Assembly: GCF_001194135.2 (NCBI RefSeq)
Contig: NC_069000.1
Location: 10,842,723-10,906,722 of the forward strand
Direction of reading: 5' to 3'
Length of the DNA: 64,000 nt
Origin: Octopus bimaculoides
Taxonomy: Eukaryota
Positions within the stretch are counted from its first letter, which is position 1; every line of letters begins with the position of its first letter. This document shows positions 36,846-50,238 of this stretch, piece by piece. The notes beneath the pieces are model-generated. The model worked only from the letters and a program-made list of their open reading frames with translations, ran no database searches and was not told the DNA's origin. The translations under genes and the position numbers were made by a program.

Positions 36846-38317
36846 TATGCAGTCACATTAATCTTCACAAAGGTTGCATATCTAAACCAGGATTGACATT
36901 GTAGATTAACTAACTGCCTCATGCTCTATGCTTACACATTGTAAACAGTTACCAGCTATCGAAGATATCTTTGAGCAATACAATAACCACAAGAAAAACC
37001 AGTGGTCATGAGGGATGCCCTACCTAATGGTAAAGATGGAACCTCGATGTAAGCATCAAAGAAAGTCTTTGCCAAAAAAAAAAAAAAAAAAGTTAAAACG
37101 TAACTTACCTCACGAGGCCTTAAAAGTGAATTTTATTTCTATTTTCTAGAGTTTTGGTCTGACCTTTATTAAATGTGAAAATCATTTTTAAATGCCATCA
37201 GAGTGGTGTGCTTTTACATTGTTAATCTGAATCGTTAATGCCCTCACTCTCTCTGTCTCCAATTGAAAACCCTACCCATTTTGGTCATCCCAAGCTTCAC
37301 CTTTTTAGCTATCACCTTCTCCTTCTTTCTCTCTCTCTCTCTCTCTCTCTGTATATATATATATATGTGTGTGTGTGTATCTCTTTAGAGTCACCACTAC
37401 CACAAGCCTCTCTCTATGTTCCAGTCAGTTTTGGGTTTTTTTTTTTTTTTTTTATCTAATGCTAGTTACCAACATTATTACCATATAACCTTATTTGCAA
37501 ACCATGATTTGTCTGAGTTCACCCATCCCTTACATAAACAGCTAACCTTGCTCTGTATTCCCCCATAACTTGTTACGTGCAATGGCTGCAATCACGATTG
37601 GTGACATCACATGAATCAGCTGGAATTTTTTTTTTTTAATTCGACACCCTTTAATCTTTACTACATCTAAATAACACATTTGTGGGTACAGGCAGAGCTA
37701 TATGGTCAAGACGTAGGTGTAGGCATGGTTGTGTGGTTAAGATATTTGTTATACAATCAGGTGGTACTGGGTTCAATACCACTACAGGGCACATTGGGAA
37801 AATTTATTTTTATTATAAACTTTGGTTCAAACAGAAGCCTGACAAATGAACTGCACTTGAAGAGGGCCTATTTTTATTTCCTTTGTCTTTACTTCTCCAT
37901 GTCTCAAAGGCCCTGCAGGGGTCAGTGAGGCTACTGTTCCTCCTCTGATTAAACCAGTGACCGCATGGTTTGGAAAGCAAGCTTCTTAATCACAGTCGTG
38001 TCTACACCTGTAGCCACACCTGTGCCTATCCCTGCCAAAATCATTTACTTCTTTACCACATCAGTCTCAGTTTTTCTAAGTCAAACAGACTATACTAGGT
38101 TCAAAGGCAATAACTGAAGAGTCTTTTGCGTTCTGCTTATTTATATATTTATTTATTGTGCCAAGACCATTGACTTACTTCAGTTTTCTATTGCCGTGGT
38201 ATTTATAACAAGGGGTTTGTTACAAACAGACAATGTGGCGTCATGCTAGTTTCTCAACCAAACAACTGAAAGGACTCCATATTTTGGATCTTATTGCTGA
38301 CTTTATCTTACGTGCAT

Positions 38318-38358
<41 letters not shown>

Positions 38359-38405
38359 TGTGTGTGTTTGAGCTTGTGTGTATGCACGTGTGTGTNNNNN
38401 NNNNN

Positions 38406-38452
<47 letters not shown>

Positions 38453-38841
38453 GCACACACTCACATACACATACATATACATAATGTTTCATACAGGAAA
38501 AAGATAAATAAATGAAAGAGGGGAAAAGGAAGAAAAGGAAAACTTGTGCTATAGAAGATCAATCCATGAATGCAGATGGCTTGAATCATGCAATCGATGT
38601 TTACTTTCGGTCATGAAGGATTTCGCAGTCAGTCAACAACCAAACAACGGTTAATAAATAATCAAAGAATGATTTGTTGTTGTTGAAATGCTTTAGGTTT
38701 ATAGGGAAGAGGAAATGGAAAGTTGTGGCTATCATATTTTACTAGGAGCAATGTTTTTTTTTATATTGTTATTAAGGTTGTAGAATGTGATTGGAGGGAT
38801 TTAGAGCTGCTATTTCTAACAGGCCAGGTGACTGCATAAAG

Positions 38842-39105
38842 CTGTGGTCCTCCACCAGGGTTCATATGAACCTTAAGGGCTCCATATAAGGTTTTGTTGT
38901 TAAAATTTATGTGCAATAAACTTCTTGTATTTCTACAATGCACAAACTATTTAAACATTTTTTTAATATGATTCCCAATAATATTTAATCATAAAAATGT
39001 GGTTATTGGATTTTTGGAACATCGAGTGGCTAAGCAGATTCCCCACCCACTGATTAAAGTGGGAATCGAAGAGGTCCATTGGCAAAAAATGGTTTGGGAC
39101 CACTA
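38842..39105. mobile_element. hAT-superfamily MITE (264 bp), older
   Basis: Imperfect TIRs CTGTGGTCCTCCACC / GGTTTGGGACCACTA; TSD GCATAAAG / ACATAAAG (7/8). Confidence 0.75.
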
Positions 39106-39220
39106 ACATAAAGGATCCCTTTGTTGGCTCACACATAATTTACTTTTATTATTTATTTCGTTTATTTAGGCCAATAATGAAAACAGTTAATAAATAAATA
39201 AAAATATTATCTAATAAAAA

Positions 39221-39570
39221 GGTGTATGGTAAGTAGTTTGCTTACCAACCACATGGCTCCAGGTTTGGTTCAGTTCCACTGTGTGGCACCTTGGGCAAGT
39301 GTCTTCTACTATAGCCTTGGGCCAACCAAAGCCTTGTGAGTGGATTTGGTAGACGGAAACTGAAAGAATCCCGTCATATATATTTGTGTGTGTGTGTGTG
39401 TGTGTTTATGGGTGTATGTTTGTGTGTCTCTGTGTTTGTCCCTCCAACATTGCTTGACAACTGATGCTGGTATGTTTACATTCCTGTAACTTAGCAGTTC
39501 TGCAAAAGAGACCAATAGAATAAATACTAGGCTTACAAAGAATAAGTCCTGGGGTCGATTTGCTCAAAAG
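39221..39570 (+). mobile_element. SINE family A
   Basis: Head, core, (TG)n, tail to GGGGTCGATTTGCTC. Confidence 0.88.
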
Positions 39571-40311
39571 AATAAATGCATAGAATAATGGATTGATCGC
39601 AATATATTTCTCATAATTATTTTGTCAGTGCTGGTTAGGTAGCTGAAAAACAAAGCTAACATGAGCAGGGCTTGAACTCAGAAAGGAGGGAACCAAATTT
39701 CAATTTCCAATGCATCTAGTACCTCAGTGTTTTGGCCCCTTTCCACTACACTAAGGTTATTTCAACAACCTGATGTTTATTATTGTTGTTGTTGTGGTGG
39801 TGGTGGTGGTGCCACCGCTGCCTCCTCTGCTACTGCTGTTGATGATGATGATGATAAACATCAATAAGGATTCTGACAGCAAGCTACTGAATTACATACC
39901 TAATTGATTTTATTATAATTAGTATCTTTTCTTCAACAAGATGGTTTGTTTCTGTGTCCATGTGTGAGTATAAGACAGAAAGAGAGAGACAGACAGAAAG
40001 AATGAGTCAGAGAGAGAGAGAAAGAGGATTTATAACAGATTCAAATAGGTTTCTTTTTGTTTTTGCTTCATTTATTTTTAGTCGATTTCCTGGATTTAAA
40101 ATTTTTTTTTCTAATGTTCTGGTTGACTTGGTATTTTTCAATTTTTTTTTTTTTTAGTTTTGTTTTTAATTTGCTTGATTGGTCAAAGTATTGATTAGAA
40201 TTATTGACTTTCTGTCTTTAGTGCACCACGACTAATATAACTCTGTATCAGGATGATCGATTATAATCATCATCATCATCATATTAATTTCGGATGGCGC
40301 AAGCATGGCAA

Positions 40312-40510
40312 TGCACAGGCATAGCTGTGTGGTAACAAGCTTTGCTTCCCAACCACATGGTTCCTAGTTCAGTTCCACTGTGTGGCACCTTGGGCAAGTG
40401 TCTTCTACTATAGCCGAGAACAACCAAAGCCTTGTGAGTGGAATTGGTAGACAGAAACTGAAAGAATCCCCTGTGTGTATGTACATATATATATCTGTGT
40501 GTTTGTGTCT
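40312..40510 (+). mobile_element. SINE family A/D 5' half
   Basis: Head and core to GAAACTGAAAGAATCCC, microsatellite. Confidence 0.85.
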
Positions 40511-40918
40511 TTGCATCTGTTTCAGATCAAGGTTACAAACGGGAATTTTACAAAATATTTACCGTATTTTTGAAGTCATTTTCACTTAAAAATATTTTGC
40601 CTATCATAATGTATCTAATGGAAAGGTTAGAGTTTCTTCCCTTTCAGGGTTAAGTTATTTTCAGAGTATTTTCCGATTTATGCAAAACTTGTTTTATTCT
40701 GTTCATATTCATATTTCAGGGGCACTTTACTTTCAAACTATTTTCTCATTATGTGCCAGTTTGGCTGTGTAACATCGCAAGCAAACAAGATTGAACTTCG
40801 CTTTTAATAGTATATAGATACATGGTCAATGAAGCTCAGCTCATGGCCAGATGACATCAAATCACAAGTCTACACATGCTGGTACAAATATTCTCACACA
40901 TACATATGCACACACACA

Positions 40919-41290
40919 ATCATCATCATCATCATCATCATCATCGTTTAACGACCGCTTTCCATGCTAGCATGGGTTGGACGATTTGACTGAGGACTGG
41001 TGAAACCGGATGGCAACACCAGGCTCCAATCTAATTTGGCAGAGTTTCTACAGCTGGATGCCCTTCCTAACNNNNNNNNNNNNNNNNNNNNNNNNNNNNN
41101 NNNNNNNNNNNNNAACGATCTCACTCGAAAATCCTACGGGAGCCAGTCAGGCGGTACTGGCAACGGCCACGCTCAAAATGGTGCATCTCATGTGCCACCC
41201 GCACAAGAGCCAGTCCAGGGGCACTGGCAACGATCTTACTTGGCTTGCCGGGTCTTCTCACGCACAGCACATTTCCAAAGGTCTCGGGAT
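40919..41290 (-). mobile_element. 5'-truncated RTE LINE: last codons, stop, 3' UTR and (GAT)n tail
   Basis: 41286-41236 (-) translates RDLWKCAVREKTRQAK*, the DR..W helix typical of RTE ORF ends; UTR continues to CGTTAAACGATGATGAT. Identifies family C as LINE 3' ends. Confidence 0.85.
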
Positions 41291-41307
41291 AAAAATAGTC
41301 CATTGAT

Positions 41308-42152
41308 TAACTGTATGTGTGTGAAGATGAGAATGTGTGTCTGTCTGTCTGTCTTTGTGAATCCCTAAAACTCGAGAACTACACGACCAATTTCATTCAT
41401 TTTACATATGCCTTACTTAGGGTCCATGTAGTGTCATAGGCTAAAAAAATTTTTAACTTCTTGCCTAGTTCGAGCCCACAGCAATATCATATCTTCTCCA
41501 CTATTTCAGTATTAGGTGTCAAAAGTGAAACAATAACATATTTCTATTGTAATGTCAGATAGTTTCACTTTAATAGTTTCACTTTAATAGTTTCACTTTA
41601 ATACTGAAACTATTAAAGTGAAACTATTATCAGTACATATTGTAAAGCTCAGTTTGTGAGTGTGTGTGTGTGTTTGTGTTGCATCTATAGCATTATACGC
41701 AGTACGTTTGGTTTGGATTTGAGATGGTTTAAAGGGGGCAGAACCCCTATGAAAATTCATAAATGTTCGATGTTGACGAAATTTCAACCATGGGTAATTG
41801 ACACACATCAAGAAATATTCTCCAACTTTCCACTTCTTCTGAGGATTCTAAGCCCCCTAATGGGGGCCTTAATTCCCAAATTTTAGTCATTTTTTTTTTA
41901 TGATCCAAAACTAGGTCAAAAGTACTGAAATGGTCTTTATGAAATTTGGAAATTATATTCTATGCATAAGGGCCACAACCCCCATGAAAATTCATATATT
42001 TTTGCTGTTGATGAAATTTTAACCATAGATATTATATACAAATGAAGTAATATTTCTAAAATTTCATCTTCTTACAAGTTAGAAAGACCCACAACTTAGT
42101 CATTTTATCTAAGCAAAGACAAATACAGTTGTACTCTTGGAAGCTGTAAGGT
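41308..42152 (+). mobile_element. Putative non-autonomous rolling-circle (Helitron/Helentron-associated) element
   Basis: (CTGT)n followed by AAAACTCGAGAACTACACGACCAATTTCAT, TTTATGAAATTTGG motif, 235-bp internal tandem repeat (ATGAAAATTCAT at 41749 and 41984), possible truncated 3' hairpin CACCCGAGCA. Canonical termini not intact. Confidence 0.45.
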
Positions 42153-42863
42153 CACCCGAGCATAAATGATGAGCATTATTTGTAATTCAATGGTACAACA
42201 GTGTAAGAGTTTGCTTTGAGATATACTTAGATGAGTCTTGATCAAAGTCATTCCACTTTGATACGGTTTCACATTAATATTTTGCCTGATGTGGCTGTAC
42301 AGTAAGGTATAGAAAGAAATTTTCGAGATATTGTTGTTCTGATAATATTGTACATATCTCTGTTTATATTTTATGGAGCTGGGAAGAATGTAATAATTTC
42401 ATGTAATTAATTCTATCTTATGATAATATAAATAGTTAAATCTCCCACATAAGACAGCAATTACTGTCTGTGTCTGCTTCTATAAATATCCTCATAAACT
42501 ACTAAACTACTTTCTCTCAAGTCTGCCGGTAGATGTCAGCAGAACATTTAGTAAATTAAAATCTGATTTAAATTGTCTTTTCTTCTTTGGTGTATTCACA
42601 CCTCAATTGATATTTTGTCATCACTGATAACAAGTGATGTAGGCTAAGATGGGCTGTGGGGAGGAAAGGGGGAAAATTATGATGGAAGTAAGAGAGAATT
42701 GTAGGTTTAAAATGCTATGGCGGGGCAAAGGAAGGGTAGCTTGGATAGGGACTAATTAGATACGGGAACTTAAATGAATTAAAGAATCCATTGACGAAAC
42801 AAGCCTAAGAAGCTGTATTTTTTTTTAACATAAAATATCAGAAGGTTGTAAGACAATTGTAGA

Positions 42864-43645
42864 ATGATAATAATGATGATAATAATAATAGTAATAATAA
42901 TAATTTCAAATTTTGGTACAAGGCCAGCAGTTTTGGAGTAGGGAGTAAGTTGATTACATCAGCCCCAATGCTCAACTGGTACTTATCTTTTCGACCCCGA
43001 AAGGATGAAAGGTAAAGTTAGCCTTGGCAGAATTTGAACTCAGAATGTAAAGACGGACAAAATGCTACTAAGCATTCTGCCCAGGGTGCTAATAATAATA
43101 ATAATAATAATAATAATGATAATAATTCTTTTTACTAAAAGCACAAGGCTGGTCAGTTACATCAAGCCCAGTAGTTGACTGGTACTTATTTCATCGTCCC
43201 TGGAAGAATGACTGGCAAAGTCAACCAAGGCAGAATTTGAACTCTGGTGCTAAGTATTTTATCTGGTTTGCTTATGATTCTGCCATCTTACCACCATTTT
43301 AATAATAATAATAATAATAATAATAATTGTTTCAAATTTTGGTACAAGGCCAACAATTTTTGGGGGTGGGGGATGGGTTAGTTGATGACATCAACCCCAG
43401 GGCTCGGCTGGTATTTATTTTATCAACTCTAAAAGGATGGCAAAGAATCCGTTGACAAAACTAGTCTAGGAAACTGTATTTTTTTTTTTTTAACCTAAGA
43501 TGTCAGAGGGTTGTGAGACAGGTGTATAATAATGATAATAATAATATTAATAATTCTTAATTTCGGAACAAGGCCAGATGAATTTTGAACTCACAACGTA
43601 AAGACAGACAAAATGCTGCTAAGCATTTTGTTCAAATAATGCTCC
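42864..43645 (-). mobile_element. Cluster of four family B SINE copies separated by (AAT)n
   Basis: Copies at about 42864-43090, 43091-43297, 43300-43445, 43528-43645, all same orientation. Confidence 0.85.
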
Positions 43646-43863
43646 CCCCAAGGTATTTCTCCGCCGTCTCAATCATATTGTTGCACTGAGCTGCGGCGGT
43701 TAGCAGTGGTGATGCAGTAATAATACTTGCAGCTTATTCATCATGATAAGATTACATCTCTGTTATTTTTGCAGTGAATTTGCTTCAGTTTCACAAAAAT
43801 AAAAAATAAAAACCACCACATTACGACTTCCATTATATCATCAGTATTAACCCTACACAAATC

Positions 43864-43908
<45 letters not shown>

Positions 43909-44142
43909 AGACAGAGAGTGGGTGAGGAACAAGGTTATGGCTCAGTAGTAGAATACTAAATTATACTAGTTAAATTGACTGCATGGATGGCAGTTCACTC
44001 CCACGATAGTAAATTTATCCTTTCATCTTTTCTCGTATGGATAAAATAAACAAGCTATATAACATTCCATACATACATGTGCATGCATGTATGTATGTCT
44101 ATTTATCTATCTATCTATCTACACACATACATACTTATTTAC

Positions 44143-44177
<35 letters not shown>

Positions 44178-45149
44178 AAACACATTATACACTTGCAGGC
44201 GTGGTACTGTGGTTGAAAAGTTTGCATTGCAATTCCAACCACATAGTTTCAGGATGTCAAACTCTGCAGTCTCTCTTTAATTTCTCTCTTTTCAGCTTTT
44301 CCCTGCCAAAAAAAAAAAAAGAAATGTTCTCTATCCAAAATAATAGATTTTCCACTCTTCACAGTAATTCACTGTACTCTTTTTTTTTTGTCAATTTTAC
44401 TATATATCTGTGTGTGAAAACATTGGTTAATTAATAAAACTAGTCAGGAAATAATTGAAGCTTCTGGAATTTGGTACTGTAGCAAAATGTTGAGAACTTC
44501 TTGAACTGAAAAGCAAGAAACTGAAGAATGTAAATCAATTATTCAACTGCAACTGAATTTATTTTAAACAGTGGTAAGAAACTCACAAGGGAGCTGAACT
44601 GCAGAAAGTTCTTCAGAGAAGGACACCCCCCAGTGTTTCTGCCCTTAACTTCTTACACTGTAAAGGAGCTGGGCCTCATCCAGGTCATAGCTCCTGGATG
44701 CCTTTGTGCATTGAAACTGCTTGGAGATTTCATCTAGTTGTAACTCCTCACGATTGACTCCACTTTCAAACTTATACTTAACCTTTAACACATTGTAGGT
44801 GCATCATGTTGCTGTATTAGTAATCTCCCTTGTAGCTGCTGGGCAATGGCAGGGGAAACAGTTCTAGAGAAAATGTAGTGTGCTAAAGGTTAAAGAAAAA
44901 ATAATGTTGGTTGTCATAGTTGTGGTAAAATGTAATAATGAGCTATAGTGGTAATAATATTATTTTGGGCGATATGAGGGAGGGAAAAGAAGGGGTCGAG
45001 TAATATGAAGATTGGTAGGGAGAATCAGTATTTTAACCAATATTTGAATGAAGGAAAGGTTTTTGGTTAGTATTTCTAATTGATTGGAGACAGGTTGTTT
45101 TGAACAGCCACTGGTTTAGGTAGATGTTTGTAGCTACAGGTGACAAGTG

Positions 45150-45525
45150 ATAGATACGAACTTCTCAACCGTGTGGTTTCAGGTTCAGTCCCACTGTGCA
45201 GCACCCTCAGCAAGTGTCTTTTGCTATAACTCCAGGCCAACCAGAGCCTCGTGAGAGGAACTGTAATATGCATATATCGTTATCTGCTTGTTTGTGTGAT
45301 TGGACCCTTGACTTCATATCACATGATGATTGTAGAATGAGTATCAATGTCATACAAAGGGTGTTGTTTGTTTAGGGTCTTCCGTGAAAACCATGTCTGA
45401 TCATGGGGACATATTAACCTTGCTTAGCAACCAGAAAGGCATCCAGCTGGTTGAAAATTTGCCTCAATAAATTCCATCTGACTCATGCAGGCATGGAAAA
45501 ATGAACATTAAAATAGTGATGATGG

Positions 45526-45556
<31 letters not shown>

Positions 45557-45560
45557 AGGT
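45150..45560 (+). mobile_element. Family A head + family D 3' module
   Basis: GGTTCAGTCCCACTGTG core, then ATCACATGATG...GAAAGGCATCCAGCTG...CATGCAGGCATGGAAAAATGAACATTAAAA(TGA)n. Confidence 0.7.
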
Positions 45561-46204
45561 AATTAAAAAGAATGATGTTCTAACATTGTAATATTAATCA
45601 TGAATCTGTAGATTCTCTTCAAACATCTCAAGTCTGACCCGAGATGACTTCTGCCAACATCATTTAAACCACATCAAGAAACCTTAAATGAATTTCAAAC
45701 TGATTTTATTAAGCCTAGTCTGCACTATTGAAAAAAAAAAAAAATTATCAGTGTTGTCATAATCGTCATCATTATCACTTTAATCTTCCTATTTGTATAT
45801 ATTAATAGATATTCCACCATGATATTGAGAAAATCATTTCATATACAAATATTTTCCCATTTAGCTCTCTTCAACCAAATTCACACTTACCTCATATCTT
45901 CTTCTCCGTATCCATCTCTGTTTCCATGACAATCACACTTGAACCAATCCATGCCCTGCCTCTTATCACACTCTTAGATCCTGGTCTAGCTCTTTCTCTT
46001 TTTCTCTCTCTCTCTCTCTCTCCAATAAATCCATGTGCTGTGCTAATCTGACATATAAATGAACAATGATCTCTCTCTCTCTCTCTCACTCACTGATCTA
46101 TATTCAGCTTTCATCTCACTTAACCAGATTTTACTTTCAACTTGGTCATTATTTAAGCCATCCAACACCAATAATCTATACTTTATGTTTCAATATGTGT
46201 CGAC

Positions 46205-46252
<48 letters not shown>

Positions 46253-48419
46253 TACATACATACATACACACACACACATACGCAGTGCATTGTGTCCTTG
46301 AGCAAACACACATCATTTGACATCGCTTCAGTTTTTGGTGGATAAAATGAGAACCAACCAAGAGTTAGAGTAGCCCTTTTCTTTCCCTGCAAATGTCGAA
46401 TCCTAGATGTTCTACTGAACCTAGAGTGAGTAAGGGGGCTCAGAGTGTAACAGTGTCTGCTCATAATTACATAGGCACCTCAGACAATTAGCAAAAAGCA
46501 TGATAGATGCAGGCAAATTGTCCTCGCTTGTGAGTACAATGGCTGTGGTCAGTTTTTATCCCTGTTTCTTAAAAAAAAAAAAAAGTAAGTTTTTGACCCT
46601 TATAGTTTCAAATCTATGCATTGCCATTGTGATGATCTACTGAGCAAGGTACATAACTCTGTGTCAACCTGTTTTACTGACTGATAACAAACTGGTTTTT
46701 CACACCTACTTCACAGTTGAGTGATTGGTTGGCAGTAAGGAGGACAGTCAGGTATAAACCACGTGCTCTAGCGACGAAATAAGCCATGCCCTCTCAAGCA
46801 TGGAAAAACTGAGTAAAACAGTAAAAAAAATTTTTTAAAAGGACGTAAAAGTGTGATATTTTGTCTTAATTTTTTTTAGCTTAGTCAGGTTGTGGTAAAA
46901 AGAAATTATGTAGCTTGTAGCCTCACTGTTAGGCAACTGAGCTTGTAATCATATGGTCATGGGTTCAATTCCTGACCCATGCACTTTATTTTATCTTGCT
47001 CCAATCCATTCTGTTTGTGAAAATAGGTATTAAGAGTGACAGAGCACCGAGTCAGCATCGACTTAGTATGGTAGCATTTACAAACCGATGGTACGACCCA
47101 AAACCCTTTGAAAAGAGCGTTATGGCCAATGGTGCACCACTGCTTCCTCCATTCAACCCTTTACTTGGAGGATATGAGACATCTTAGCACAAGTGATTTG
47201 GTAGCCACTGATTCGATGTTTATTTGACATTAGACATTTTACTGCCTCTTTTGATCTCTCTCTCTTTCTCCCTCTTCTCTTCTTTCTCTCCTCTTCTCTC
47301 TCTCCCTCTTCTCTTCTTTCTCTCTCTCTCCTTGAGACCATAGTTTTTCCTTTTGTGTTCAAGGAGAGGGATAGAATTTATGTCAGTTGTGTTCAATTAA
47401 TAAATTGTAATCTCTCTCTCTCTCTCTTTCGTTCTTATTCTTTCCCCTCTCTCTCTCCATTATGTGTATGAAGAGAAGGAAAGTGTTCAATTCATGTTCT
47501 GTAAACTCTCCCCCTCTCTCTTTCTCTCTGATTGTTCAGTCACCTGTGCCACATCACCATCATCCAAAGAAGCAGCAGCACAATCGTCTCCCTCCATCAC
47601 TCGGATGTGCTAAACATGTAAATAACAGTGTCAAATTTCATTAGACTTTCTTTTCTTAAACACTTGACAATAGAGCATGATTTCACTGAAACACGGCTAC
47701 TATTTCTAGCAGGTTGAGCAATCCTATCGAAGCTCCTGTCAAGATATACAGAAGCAGATGCAGTGAAGTCTGTCTTTAGATCTTTATCTCTGTCGTTTGT
47801 TTGCTTTACTGTTCTTTATAGTACGGGGTTCATGTTTCATGATTGGTACAAATAAGAGTCTTGCTTGAATAGCCTATCTTTACACACATGCATGGCAATT
47901 ATCCCCTACATAAACACAATACTGCTACAATCTTCAAATCTTCATCAGTTGTACATCATGAGTGGGGGTCAGATGTTGTGTACCAAAGCATGCTTGGATG
48001 AAGTAGGAACTAGGTTTTGTGTGTGTGTGTATTTTTATTATTTTTATATGATAGATTGTTACTTCTAATTTATTGGGAATTACATGTTACAGGTGGTGGT
48101 GGTGGTGGTGGTGATGGTAGGGCTGCTAGTACTGGTGGTCGAAGTCACGAGAGTCGTCACTGTTATAGTATGCCATATGAGAACGACGGTATGAAACTGG
48201 TTGAAGTTGTAAGGCACCTTGACTAAATGGTTTTGGATTACACATTTTTGGCCTGGTCGAAAACATGACAACCTCTCTGATGCTGGTGTCACAATAAAAT
48301 GAACCTAGTTTAACTCTGTTTTGTGGTTAGCAGATAGGGACACCAACCGTCCTGTTGTAGAGATTAACCCTTTCGTTACTGTATTTATATTGAGATGCTC
48401 TGCTAGGGCATTGCCTTGA

Positions 48420-48688
48420 ATTTTTAGTCAAATGAATCAACCCCAGTGCTTCTTTTTCTTTTTCAAGAAGCAATACTTATACCAATCACTTTTGCTGAAC
48501 TGCTAAGTTACAGGAACACAAATGCACCAACACCAGTATATTTATATATACATATATCATCATCATCATCATCGTTTAATGTCCGCTTTCCATGCTAGCA
48601 TGGGTTGGACGATTTGACTGAGGACTGGCAAGCCAGAAGGCTGCACCAGGCTCCAATCTGATCTGGCAGAGTTTCTACAGCTGGATGC

Positions 48689-48741
<53 letters not shown>

Positions 48742-48892
48742 ACAGGCTTCTTTTAATTTCCATCTGCCAAATCTACTCACTGAAGCTGGCTATAGCAGAA
48801 GAGACTTAACCCAAGGTGCCTTGCAGTGAGACTGAATCCAGAACCATGTGGTCGGGTAGCAAGCTTCTTACCATGCAGCCACACCTGCGCCT
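48420..48892 (-). mobile_element. SINE family A carrying a nested RTE 3' UTR (48555-48690) in its internal microsatellite
   Basis: A tail 48420-48535, (TA)n, family C insert CATCATCGTTTAATGTCC...GGATGCCC, (TA)n(CA)n, A core/head to CACACCTGCGCCT. Confidence 0.8.
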
Positions 48893-50204
48893 ACACACAC
48901 ACACACGCACGCGTGCACACACGCATCCTCTTTTGAAAAAATACCTTACGGTCATACTCAAAAGAAATCACTGTTACAATGATGAAGTGATTTGTTTTTG
49001 TGAAATCCGTTTTAACCTGACTTCATATTTCTAATGTTTTTGAGAAATGGATGAAGTTCTTTTTAATTTTGTTTCCTCCTCATAATACATGCAATGATTC
49101 TTTGAGGCAAACAAAATGAAATTACAATTTCTTTGTTTTTTTTTTTGTTTTGTTGTTGTTTTCGTTTTTTTTTGTTTTTTTTTCATTACTGTATCTGGTT
49201 CTCCCTGCTTCAACAGCGACATTACTAATAATAGTATTTTATTTCTATTGTGAGAAACCGACGGTAACGTTAACAGCAGCAATAAATATATCTTTATAAA
49301 CATATTAATCCTTCAGGCTCTATGGGGACAGGAAAAAGGAAATTGTAATGTCCCTACTTTTGTGAGGGATACAACAACAACAAAAACAACAGCAGCAACA
49401 ACAATGATAATAGTAATAATAATAATAATAATAATGATAATCTCAATCAATCATAATGAAGGGAAAAGAGAAAAGAAACTGTTACATTGAATTTGTCAAT
49501 TATTTACTCGTTTTTATTAAAAAAAAAAAGAATTTTTTTATTAAATTAAATTTTACTGTTTTCCTTTTTGAAATATGAAAATGTCTTATCTGTCTAATGT
49601 CGCTTATGGTAAAATTAGAAAAGAGAGAGAAAAATTATATATATATATATATAAACGAAACAATATAAAAAAAAGACATTTATTGCAAAGAAATTTTTTT
49701 AAAAAGAGATAAANNNNNNNNNNNNNNNNNNNNNNNNNNNNNNNNNNNNNNNNNNNNNNNNNNNNNNNNNNNNNNNNNNNNNNNNNNNNNNNNNNNNNNN
49801 NNNNNNNNNNNNNNNNNNNNNNNNNNNNNNNNNNNNNNNNNNNNNNNNNNNNNNNNNNNNNNNNNNNNNNNNNNNNNNNNNNNNNNNNNNNNNNNNNNNN
49901 NNNNNNNNNNNNNNNNNNNNNNNNNNNNNNNNNNNNNNNNNNNNNNNNNNNNNNNNNNNNNNNNNNNNNNNNNNNNNNNNNNNNNNNNNNNNNNNNNNNN
50001 NNNNNNNNNNNNNNNNNNNNNNNNNNNNNNNNNNNNNNNNNNNNNNNNNNNNNNNNNNNNNNNNNNNNNNNNNNNNNNNNNNNNNNNNNNNNNNNNNNNN
50101 NNNNNNTACAGAAACGAAGAAATTTATATTGCACTAGCATTCATATACACAGACTTTTAAACACACATGTGACGTTTTGTACGCACACAGCAATTTGAGA
50201 AAAA

Positions 50205-50238
<34 letters not shown>

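Noticed and set aside
45892-45990. Minus-strand frame MDWFKCDCHGNRDGYGEEDM before GAG|GTAAGT
   Set aside because: Purine-rich upstream, no acceptor, no homology; counted only in the donor-bias finding.
46996-47187. Protein-like ORF ...NRWYDPKPFEKSVMANGAPLLPPFNPLLGGYETS
   Set aside because: Directly follows a CORE-SINE-like head, so more likely SINE body/tail; no homology recognised.
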